DNA of 63,385 nt, filler included, from Octopus bimaculoides (lineage: Eukaryota): assembly GCF_001194135.2 (NCBI RefSeq). It is 6 parts of 5 records of this genome, joined end to end, with 100 filler letters (N's around TTAATTAATTAA, not from the genome) between each part and the next. Parts side by side here need not be neighbours in the genome. Positions count along the whole stretch, not along the records: positions 39,518 to 61,619 come from NC_068984.1; positions 61,720 to 63,385 come from NC_068991.1; 4 more parts are not named here. One strand, given 5' to 3'. The position numbers and the translations under genes are program-made. Position 1 is the first letter of the stretch, and each line of letters starts with the position of its first letter. The notes below the pieces were generated by a model. It was not told the DNA's origin. It saw only the letters and a list, made by a program, of their open reading frames with translations, and ran no database searches. Shown one piece after another: positions 52,846 to 63,385 of this stretch.

Positions 52846-53571
52846 CTTTTGGAAAATGCTTTTTTTTACTAAATACACATTCAAAATGGCTGCCATGGAG
52901 TTTTCTTTTAAGCCAAGTGCACTTCTAGAAAAACAATCTGGAACAATTTGGTCGTCAGTAAGAACACTTCTCAGGTTTTCAGGATTTAAGTATGTTGAAC
53001 ATTTAAGCCTCTTGCATTCCTTTTGTTTAGCAAGTGCAATGCCATAAACAGACTCCATGATAGCTCTTGTATGAATTATCCTTTGTCCATTGTGAGGAAT
53101 ATTTTTTGAACTGATTTTTGTTACATCCAGGATATTTCGTACCCATTGATATAATGTATCATTTTTAAAATGTGTTAAAGTTTTTATATCCCTCAGATAA
53201 TCTTCAAATTCCTTGTTGTTAAGGCTTGATGAAGTTACTACATAGGAACCTTCCATATTAGAATGGTTTTTAAGCTCATTTTGTAGTTTCCCAGAAATAT
53301 CTAAAATTATCCAGGTCATATCTTTGATATGAAGAAAGGAATCAATATTTTGTATTTCGCCAACATATATTATTCCAGAGGAGAAGCTTTCACGAAGAAA
53401 CCTTATTTCATCTAATGCATTCTTAGAAAATGCTCTTTTCATTGAAAAACAGATACCATCACTTTTTGCTTTTGCCTCTAACATGTTAGCCATTTCAATT
53501 CCATATTCATTATCAGAGTAGACAATTCCAGGAGAAACCCATTTCAATCTCTTTAAAAGCATTATTGCAGC
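52846..53571 (-). CDS. Exon C: C-terminal part of degenerate VFT1
   Basis: 726-nt open exon AAIMLLKRLKWVSPGIVYSDNEYG...DGICF...MESVYGIA...; acceptor ttctag, donor gttagt; phase 0 to 0. Confidence 0.9.
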
Positions 53572-54715
53572 CTAGAAACAAAAGAAATAAAGATTAAAAT
53601 GGTTCTTAAGACTTTCAGGTTAAAATTAATGTCAGTTTTGATTTTGATTAACATTGTCTAAAGCAAAATTCCATCAAATAAACAAAGTTTTGGCACAAGT
53701 CATGAATATCTAACAAACGCAAGTAATTCTTGTACAAAGAATTTGAGCTCATGGTATTCTGTATTGCTTGAATGAAATAAATATAACAATGTACTTTGGA
53801 ATGGATGTTGGGGTACCCAGCACAATTAGAAATAAAACCTGTCTCTTAGTGAGAAATCAACATACCAGACTAGAGATCGCACAACTGATGAGTACCTCCT
53901 TTACGTTGACAAATACAAAGTAAACTTGTTTATTCTTAACTAAGAATTTCTCAAGAAATTGGCTGGTTAGAAATATGGTATGGTACCTCAGCATCTTGAT
54001 ATAAACTTATGGTTGAGTAATAAAGAAGTTTACTTCATAATCATTAGGTCCCAGGTTCAGTTCCACTATGTAATACCCTGAGCTAGTGTCTGTTGGATAG
54101 ACAGACACTATGTGGAAGTCTAACAGACTGACTGTACATGTAATTTGAAAGTCCATCCTCATCACATTTTAGCATCACAGTGGTTCACCTTGTGAATGAT
54201 ATTAACAATGCATGTGTCTTTGATCATTAATTTAAAAAAGAAGTTGGTTGGCTAATTGAATGCTCGTTGTTGAAACCAAGAGAGGATCCATCATTAACTC
54301 AAAATACATGTTATCTAGACTAACACTATCCTCATTCAAATTCTCTCTAACTCAGGCTACCACTGAATCTGGCCAGTTTGAACATAAAACAGGTGGAATA
54401 TTTTGGCTGGATATGGCCAGTTTAAACCAAACCTTAATGCCTTGGGGGAGGGGGGTAAAAAAACACATTTACATAATGTAGTCCTGGGTTCCCTGTGCCT
54501 AGGGAGAAAGATGGATTAGCGAGGGTTCAAATGTCTTTAATTATAGGCTTGCTTGATCAGTGCTGACCTGGACTCAACAGCAACAACAACCTGATTGAAC
54601 AAGTTAAACTTGCAAAGGGTTTTAAAACATTTTGCTTATTTGCACAAGATGATACTTTATAGAATAGCTTCTTTTTCTGATATCCCCTGAAAATTATAAA
54701 ATAAATTATAATTAC

Positions 54716-54873
54716 CTTAACTTGAGTTTCCATGGGTAAAGCAAAAGATATAAAATTCTTATAAGACGGAAATGCCATCTGTTCAAATAAAGGGCTAATT
54801 ACTGGTAATGAAATATATTTGGTTGTTTCAAGTAGAGATTCAGTCACAGAATAGTCGCCAAGGGAAATAATTG
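54716..54873 (-). CDS. Exon B of VFT1 (AIISLGDYSVTESLL...LPVISP...FALPMETQVK)
   Basis: Acceptor ttcccacag, donor gtaatt; phase 1 to 0; colinear with mGluR GVIG..SS..S / P.ISY / R..P.D..Q. Confidence 0.85.
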
Positions 54874-55816
54874 CTGTGGGAATAAAACACAAAATTCACT
54901 CTTTAAACTGAACGTGATTATTTTATTTATCCTTTTTTTGTTTTTATTATTAGATTTTAGGGGCTAATGCAGTTTCGCACCTTTCCTTGAAAAATGCATT
55001 TTATTTTTTTAAAATTTTTCGGATTCCTATGTTTTAGATGTCGGAAATTAAGAATATGCAAAGAAAAATACTGGTACTTAATTTATTGACCCCAAAAGGA
55101 CGAAAGGCAAAGTTGACTTCATTCATAAAATATATTTGTCAACTAAATGTGGCAGTCCTATAGTGGACGATGTTACTGTTGTTTTTAGCCCCAGGAAGGC
55201 ACTCATATCTAGCTATTTCTTTATGCACCTATCTTATTGAATTTAAAACTTTCAAAACATGGTTTCTTGCATATCCAGAATCTCCATCATCTAAAACATA
55301 GGGAAAAAAAGTCTCAAAAAGGTTCAAAAGTTAAAGNNNNNNNNNNNNNNNNNNNNNNNNNNNNNNNNNNNNNNNNNNNNNNNNNNNNNNNNNNNNNNNN
55401 NNNNNNNNNNNNNNNNNNNNNNNNNNNNNNNNNNNNNNNNNNNNNNNNNNNNNNNNNNNNNNNNNNNNNNNNNNNNNNNNNNNNNNNNNNNNNNNNNNNN
55501 NNNNNNNNNNNNNNNNNNNNNNNNNNNNNNNNNNNNNNNNNNNNNNNNNNNNNNNNNNNNNNNNNNNNNNNNNNNNNNNNNNNNNNNNNNNNNNNNNNNN
55601 NNNNNNNNNNNNNNNNNNNNNNNNNNNNNNNNNNNNNNNNNNNNNNNNNNNNNNNNNNNNNNNNNNNTTCCAAACTTCCAAGATATGTCTGGCCATTGGA
55701 AAATGTTATCTTATTTAGAAACAGGTGAGTTGTTGGTGGCAGTAATAACATCCAGCTGTAGAAAATCCACCTCAGCAAATTCTGTCCAATCCCAAGCATA
55801 AAAAAGTTGACATTAA

Positions 55817-56276
55817 CTCTTTTGTTACTGTATTCATTTTACTGTATTCTATGTTTCTTTCAATTAATTTTAAATATAACAAAGAATTTAGTAAAATAAC
55901 TTGGTTATCATTAAGCTAGTGTTAGGAACATAAATTGTGACTAAGGTTTGATGGAAGATTTTAATTCAAAACTTATGAAAACAAGACATTTGTACTACAG
56001 AGCCAGAGGTGGTTTCAGTCGGGTTGGTATCAAACAGTTAAATTAATCATATTAACCCTTTTGTTACCATATTTCTGTTGAGATGCTCTCTGTTTCTTTC
56101 AATTACTTTAAATATAACAAAGAATTTAGTAAAATAACTTAGTTATCATTCAGCTATTGATAGGAACAAAAATTGTGACTAAGGTTTAGTGGAAGATTTT
56201 AATTCAAAACTTATGAAAACAAGACATTTGTACTACAGAGCCAGAGGTGGTTTTGGCCAGGTTGGTAATGAAAGGG
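55817..56276. mobile_element. Two tandem piggyBac-like MITE copies (55817-56037, 56056-56276)
   Basis: TTAA flanks; CCCTTT...AAAGGG termini (degenerate in copy 1); about 220-bp similar bodies. Confidence 0.7.
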
Positions 56277-57354
56277 TTAAATGATGGTGATGATATCTAA
56301 AAATTTTATGATTAAAAACCCAGCTTCAACTTAGAATCTTGTTAAAAGTGGAGGTATTATAATAGAAAAAAGATTGCATTAAGAAGGATAACAATTTATA
56401 TAATCCAATTGGTAATCTGTTTGATATAAGACTTAATATCTAAACAGCCAAACTATATTAAATCTTTTTCTCTTTCACTCATTTCAGTCATTAGACTAAG
56501 GCCATGCTGGGGCACTGCCTTGAAGAATTTTTAGTCAAATTAATTGAACCACGTAATTTTTTTTTTCTTTAAAGCCTAGTGCCTATCCTATCGATCTCTC
56601 TTGCCAAACTGCTAAGTTACGGGGATGTAAACACACCAACAACGGTTGTCATGTGGTGGTGGGGGACAAACACACTCACACACACGCACACACACACACA
56701 TCACACAAACACACACGTGTGCGCACACACATACACACACATATATATACAACAAGCTTCTTTCAGTTTCCGTCTACCAAATCCACTCACAAGGCTTTGG
56801 TTGGCCTGAAGCTATCGGAGAAAACACCTGCCCAAGGTTCCATGCAGTGGGACTGAACCTAGAATCATGTGGTCGAGAAGCAAGCATCTTACTACACAGC
56901 CAGATCTGTATAAATTTTTATTGTATTTTTCATAAAATAAACACAAGGAAGCTGATTATTGAAGAAGCTGTGCTTAACAACCACATGGTTTCAGATTCAG
57001 TCCCACTTCACATCACCTTGGACAAGTGTCTCCTACTATAGTTCCTGGATGATAAATACCTTGTGGGCAGATGGAAACTGTGTGGAAGCTTGTAACATAT
57101 GAACGCTTGTTACATGTACCCCACTGCTTCACAATTGGTGTTGGTTTCTCTATGTACCCCATAACTTAGCAGTTTGTTAAAGAAACCAATAGAACAAGCA
57201 GCAGACTTTAAAGAAATGAGAACCAGGGTTGATTTGTTCAACTAAAATTCATCAAAGCAGTGACCCTACACGGCTGCAGTCTAACGACTGCAGTCTAACG
57301 ACTGAAACAAATAAAAGATGAAAGACGGACTATGTTTTCAAAATTCTAGCTTAC

Positions 57355-57486
57355 CTGTGTATGGAGTGCCTTTCTTTGTGCTTGGTTCACCACAAAGACC
57401 ATCTTGAGAATAAGGAGATTTGTATATATCATATACATAATTAGCTGCAATCTCTGGTTCTCCACAAATATCAAATATGGTAAATT
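57355..57486 (-). CDS. Exon A of VFT1 (FTIFDICGEPEIAANYVYDIY...LCGEP...TPYT); most 5' exon visible
   Basis: Acceptor ttgattaacag, donor gtaagc; phase 1 to 1; I.DIC matches mGluR I.DTC. Confidence 0.8.
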
Positions 57487-58589
57487 CTGTTAATCAAATA
57501 AAAAGAATTCATTGTCATCACTATTCACTCCCCGAATTCTGATTAATTTTATTATGATCTAGTACAGCAATTAATTCCCTTTTTTTTTTTTTTTACTGAT
57601 TTAGCCTTGAGCAGGGGTTTTTAAAAGTGGATGGTAGTTCCCCCATAACAGCATTGCGAGTCCATAAAGGGAAGCAATTACCAAGGTGAAACTGGGGATA
57701 GAGTTAGATGCTTTTTAGAGAAAGTCATGATTTTTCTCAAAGATAACATATTTAAAGCAAAATACAATATTTATATTGTATATACATTATCAAAAATATT
57801 TTTGTCAATACTGGAATGAGATGGACATTGTGAACAAAAAAACAAATCACTGATGCTGCACCAAGGTCTATGTAATTTCATTATATAAGTCTTTAGCAGT
57901 CTTTTAAAAATTTAACATTTGGAACACTAGTCCATGCAAATAGCTAAAAACAGATACATGTAGGATGGGATGATATAAGGAAATATGGCTAATAAACTAC
58001 AATGCAAAATTCATTTGTTTAATTAAAATAATTGCTGAATTTTTGAGGGGTGGGATGTGCAAAATATGTGAAGGTAAAATGTAAAATGCCACTCAGTGAA
58101 AGGTTGAGAACCATTAGTCTAGTGGAAGAGGCTGTGCTCATGAGATCATTGCAAGCCCTCCAAGAAGGAGTGAGAGGATGAGGCACAGCTGTTTGGCCTG
58201 GTTGACTGGACATTTGACCTGTTTGGCCTGGTTGACTGGACAATTTGGTCCTTTTTAGTGCTGGAATCACACACACTTGCACATGCACATAGAAATATAC
58301 ACATACAGATAAAATTAATGGAGGTCACAAAAGTTACCTTTTGCTAAAGGTAAGAGTTAAACTAACTCAAATCTACAAATGCACTGTCTTAAGTGATTGA
58401 CAAAGGGATCATGATTTTGGATTTTGATGGAGACCATATTAATCTTCATAAGTGGCTCTTAATTCCTAGGGTTAAACTCAACTACCTCTGTCAGTCTTAT
58501 AAGAAAAACCATTGAAAATGTGCGCTGATTTCCAAAATGGTAAAAGTGTAAGCAACAAATTAAAAAAGGGTGGCTTATTAATAATCAGT

Positions 58590-58800
58590 ACCTAAAGGCA
58601 AAATTAATAGAGGTCATAAAAGTGACAGAGGATACTGACTCACATTGTTTTTGCTAAAGATAAGAGTTATCACAATTCGGCTATGTATGCTGACAGTGCA
58701 GTTGCAGTTTTGAGTTAGTTTAGCTCTTATCTTTAGCAAAAGTGGTGCCAGTTAGTACTCTCTGTCAATTTTGTGACCTCTATTAATTTTGCCTTTAGGT
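58590..58800. repeat. Fold-back (inverted) repeat, about 80-bp arms, third partial arm at about 58305-58375
   Basis: acctaaaggcaaaattaatagaggtca...ttttgctaaagataagag versus ctcttatctttagcaaaa...tgacctctattaattttgcctttaggt. Confidence 0.75.
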
Positions 58801-58861
58801 TCCAATTAGCAATTGGATGGTTGCTTACACATACAGATATGTTTATATATTATTATTATTA

Positions 58862-59253
58862 TTTTATGTTTGACTTTTGTTTTGCATTTGTACAAGTTGG
58901 ATCCAAGTCTCACCCAGAGACCTCAAGAGACAACAAGTTAGAAGTTCATGTAGGTGTTATGCCTAGGGTACCATATATTTGGATTTGTACAGTTTTATTC
59001 AAGTGAATGTTTAAGAAACCATAAGAAAATTATGTGTTTGCTTTAAAATTTGAGCTCACATAGACAGTATTTTACGTAGGATATGGGCAGTTCCCATGAG
59101 CACTATCTTTTGAACTTCAGCCATTTTGGGGTTTCCTGGTATCTGAGCTAGGTAGTAATCAGCCCGTTTCGCTGTCATTCCCAGGGCACCTATGACAATA
59201 GGTATTGTTTTCGTCTTCAGATTCCACATTTTGCTAATTTCTATTTCAAGATC

Positions 59254-59256
<3 letters not shown>
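58862..59256 (-). mobile_element. Young Dong/R4-like LINE 3' end in (TAA)n, inverted twin of 40340-40766
   Basis: Nearly identical sequence; same KDLEIEISKMWNLK...RKILSM peptide. Confidence 0.85.
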
Positions 59257-59289
<33 letters not shown>

Positions 59290-59291
<2 letters not shown>

Positions 59292-59600
59292 TGGCTTCCG
59301 AGCCGGTGGCACGTAAATAACACCATTTGAGCATAATCGTTACCAGCGTCGCCTTCCTAGCACTTGTGCCGGTGACACATGAAAAGACATTCAAACGAGG
59401 TTGTTGCCAGTGCCGCCGGAACGGCTCCTATGCAGGTGGCACATAAAATACACCATTTTGAGCATGGCCATTGCCAATACCGCCTGACTGACCTTCGTGC
59501 TAGTGGCACGTAAAAGCACCCACAACACTCTTGAGGTGCTTGGCATTAGGAAGGGCATCCAGCTGTAGAAACTCTGCCAAATCAGATTGGAACCTGGCGG
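59290..59600 (+). mobile_element. RTE LINE 3' UTR fragment
   Basis: Matches 47880-48090. Confidence 0.75.
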
Positions 59601-59769
59601 TTTCATTACATATCATATCTTTTCAACTTGTTTATTTACATGTAATTATAGGTCAACTATGAATGTTGTCTATTTTTACTGTCGGTTTTGAATTAATACG
59701 ACCCTGAAAAGATACAATATTCCATATTTTATAATATGCATGAATCGATCTGGATATTGNNNNNNNNNN

Positions 59770-61619
59770 CGATTTGACTGAGGACTGGTGAACCAGATGG
59801 CTACACCAGGCTCCAATCTGATTTGGCAGAGTTTCTACAGCTGGATTCCCTTCCTAACACCAACCACTCTGAGAGTGTAGTGGGTGCTTTTACGTGCCAC
59901 CGGCATGAAGCCCAGTCAGGAAGTACTGGCAACGGCCACACTTCAAATTGTGTATTTTACGTGCCACCTGCACAGGAGCCAGTCCAGCGGTACTGGCAAC
60001 GAACTCGCTCGAATGTCTTTTCACATGCCACTGGTACAAGTGCCAGGAAGGCAACGTTGGTAACGGTCACGCTCAAATGGTGCTATTTACGTGCCACCGC
60101 CACGAAAGCCAGACAGCTGGTGCTCTGGCAACGATCACGCTCAGACGGTGCTCTTAGTGATTTACTGGTACTGGTACCATCACAATTTTGCTTTTGCTTG
60201 CCCCAACAGGTCTTTGCAAGCCGAGTTTAGTGTTCAATGACGATGTTGGCATGGGTGCCAGTCTACAAATTTAGTTCGATTTCGATTTCAATTTCACTTG
60301 CCTCAACATGTCTTCGCAAGCGGAGTTTAGTGTCCAAAGAAGGAATGTTACGCATAAGTGGGCTGGTTACATCCCTGGCAGAGGCCTTGGATTTTGGTCT
60401 CACTTGACTTGCCGGGTCTTCTCACGCACAGCATATTTCCAAATGTCTCGGTCAAAAGTCATTGCCTCGGTGAGGCCTAAAGTTCGTAGGTCGTGCTTCA
60501 CCACCTCATCCCAGGTCTTCCTGGGCCTGCCTCTTCTACGGGTTCCCTCAAGCGCTAGGGTGTGGCACTTTTTCACACAGCTATCCTCATCCATTCTCGC
60601 CACATGTCCATACCAGCGCAATCGTCTCTCTTGCACACCACAACTGATGCTTCTTAGGTTCAACTTTTCTCTCAAGATACTTACACTCTGTCAGGTATGC
60701 ACACTGACATTACTCATCCACCGGAGCATGCTGGCTTCATTCCTTGTGAGCTTACGCATGTCCTCAGCAGTCAAGGCCCATGTTTCACAGCCATGTAGCA
60801 TTGCTGTTCGTACACATGCGTCATACAGTCTGTCTTTTACTCTGAGCAAGATACCCTTTGTCGCCAGCAGAGGTAAGAGCTCTCTGAACTTTGCCCAGGC
60901 TATTCTTATTCTAGCAGCTACACTTTCAGCACACCCACCCCCACTACTAACTTGGTCACCCAGATAGGGGAAGCTATCAACTACCTCTAGTTTTTGTCCC
61001 TGGAATGAGACAGAAGTTGTTTTCTGCATATTTTCAGTGTTTATTGCACCTGAACGTCTGCCACATACAAAAACTAACTTCCTAGTTAACCTGCCTTTGA
61101 TATTGCTGCACCTCTTATGTGTCCATAGCTTGCACTGTGTGTCCATAGCTTGTACACACAACTTATGTGCCCATAGCTTGCATCTTATAGAGTTTCTACC
61201 TACACCTTTTCTACAGATCAAGCAGGGTCATCTACCTGAAGGGGTCTGTGTTTTGTCTACCTTCCTACTTATTAGAACTTTGGTTTTAGCTAAGTTGACC
61301 CTAAGGCCCTTCAATTCTAGTCACTGCTTCCACACCTGAAACTTATCCTCTAGTTCTGATAGTGATTCAGCAATTAGTGCAAGGTCATCAGCATAGAGGA
61401 GCTCCCAGGGGCATTTTGTCCTGAATTCCTCTGTTATCGCCTGGAGGACTATGATAAATAGGAGGGGGCTGAGGACAGAACCTTGGTAGACCCCTACCTT
61501 TACCCAGAATTCTTCACTGTACTCATTGCCAACCCTCACCTTACTGACAGCGTCTCTGTACATGGCTCGCACAGCTCTCACTAACCATTCTTCTATCCCT
61601 AGTTTCCTCATTGATCACC
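59770..61619 (-). mobile_element. RTE LINE copy, same family as 45797-48180, running into a scaffold gap
   Basis: GVYQGSVLSPLLF, LLYADDL, PHD-like insert, GRPRKTW C-terminus, 3' UTR. Confidence 0.9.
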
Positions 61620-61832
61620 NNNNNNNNNNNNNNNNNNNNNNNNNNNNNNNNNNNNNNNNNNNNTTAATTAATTAANNNNNNNNNNNNNNNNNNNNNNNNN
61701 NNNNNNNNNNNNNNNNNNNTTTGCGTGTGTAAACTGGGAATGCATACAACGAGTTTCTCTGCCCTAGGTGTACGGAAAACACTCGGCGAGAAATGGGAAA
61801 AAAATTGGAGAAAGAAGAAAAAAAACAACAAC

Positions 61833-61890
<58 letters not shown>

Positions 61891-61891
<1 letters not shown>

Positions 61892-62176
61892 GATATGACA
61901 GGTTAACTTGGCAAGTTAAGCAGTTGTGGTCGATGAAAAAGGTAGCAGTAGTACCAATAATTGTCGGAGCCCTGGGAGCAGTGAACAAAAATCTCGAGAA
62001 GTACCTGGAACAAATAGGGGCTGACATAAGGGTGAAGCACTTGCAGAAAACAGCACTGCTTGGAACCACTCGAATACTCCGGAAGGTGCTCGAAAAATAA
62101 AAGGTGTTACCTTAGTTCACTGGTTGTGAACAGCTGACACTGTAAGTACATCTCCAGGGTTAGAAGCTGTGCAAAG
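61891..62176 (+). mobile_element. Third Dong/R4-like family 3' end, between (TAA)n tracts
   Basis: QLWSMKKVAVVPIIVGALG...LQKTALLGTTRILRKVLE*. Confidence 0.75.
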
Positions 62177-62537
62177 ATAATAATAATAATAAAAATAGCC
62201 TTTTCTGCTAAAGACACAAGGCCTGAAATTATGGGGGAGGGTACTAGGCGATTGCATCCACCTCAGTGTTTTACTGGTACTGAATTTATCGACCCCGAAA
62301 GAATGAAAGGCAAAGTCAACTAAGGCGGAATTGGAACTCAGAACGTGAAGACGGACAAAATACCGTTAAGCATTTCGTCCGGCGTGTGTGGTAGGTAGCT
62401 TGCCTACCAACCACATGGTTCCGGGTTCAGTCCCACTGCGTGGCACCTTGAGCAAGTGTCTTCTACTATATAGCCTGGGGCCGACAAAAACCTTGTGAGT
62501 GGACTTGGTAGACGGAAACTCAAAGAAGCCCATCGTA

Positions 62538-62576
<39 letters not shown>

Positions 62577-63352
62577 NNNNNNNNNNTGTGTTTACGTCTC
62601 CGTAACTTAGCTGTTCGGCAAAAGTGACCGATAGAATAAGTATTAGGCTTACTAAGAATAAGCCCTGGTATCGATTTGCTCGACTAAAGGCGGTGCTCCA
62701 GCATGGCCGCAGTCAAATGACTAAAACAAGTAAAGAGAGTATCGGGCACATAGATCAAGTTCTATACGTTAAATTTGAACTCGGAAATTAAATGCCTCGA
62801 ACAAACGAAGCAAAGAAATTTTTTGGACGCACTGACGATTCGGCAATCTTAAGCCCAGCAATATTTGAGTGGAGAATATTAATTTGATATAACGATCGCA
62901 GTTGTTAACCGGTAGTATATTATATTGAACCCGGAGACCTGAAAGGCAAAGTTGTTCTCTGTGAAATTTGAACTTAGAACGTAGAGTTCCGGAAATTATA
63001 CTGCAAAGCTGAATGTTTCGATGGTCCTGTGACTCTGCTATGCTTTCATACATCAAACTGTGACAAATAGATAAAGGAGGAAGCACACAGTTGCACCAAA
63101 TAATTGGCGTAGAACGTAAGAAGTACATTGTGATATGTAAAATTTTGGTAACAAACACAACGATATATACATGCACACATATACCGTTACTTATATATAT
63201 ATAACAAAGGTTAATCGAAAGCGCTAACACACACTAGGAAAAGGACATCATGATAGAAGATTTTTTTAAAGTTTACAAAAATAATTAAACAAAATATCCG
63301 CCTTTATACTTAAAAAAAGCTGTATTCAGTAATGTTCACAAACTTTCAACTA

Positions 63353-63385
<33 letters not shown>

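Noticed and set aside
59620-59704. Strong minus-strand acceptor as a candidate upstream receptor exon
   Set aside because: All frames stop or end in the wrong phase; no signal peptide or VFT motif.

Overview
Eukaryotic, AT-rich, repeat-dense draft-assembly DNA with many N gaps. The tRNA-headed SINE families, RTE/Dong/mariner load and microsatellites suggest an octopus genome (inference). Five N-TTAATTAATTAA-N spacers are scaffolding artefacts. The one well-supported gene is on the minus strand at 43.7-57.5 kb. Six exons splice in frame with GT-AG sites (2721 nt, about 907 codons) and encode a class C GPCR/mGluR-like ectodomain. It has TWO tandem Venus-flytrap (VFT) domains: the first is degenerate, the second keeps the amino-acid-binding motifs. 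They are followed by a 3-Cys stub instead of the 9-Cys domain and one visible TM helix; no 7TM exon is seen, and a candidate short terminal exon lies at 39958-40025. The N-terminal exons are not in view. Exons D+E form a phase-0/phase-0 module of 1452 nt encoding the whole second VFT, and inverted RTE 3' ends closely bracket it. An orphan signal-peptide-like exon lies at 23044-23176 (-). One tRNA-headed SINE family carries a Penelope-like tail with a minimal hammerhead ribozyme fold (2 copies). SINE copies in the gene block show CpG decay that copies outside it lack. The rest is TE debris and simple repeats. TE coordinates are approximate; all analysis was by eye.
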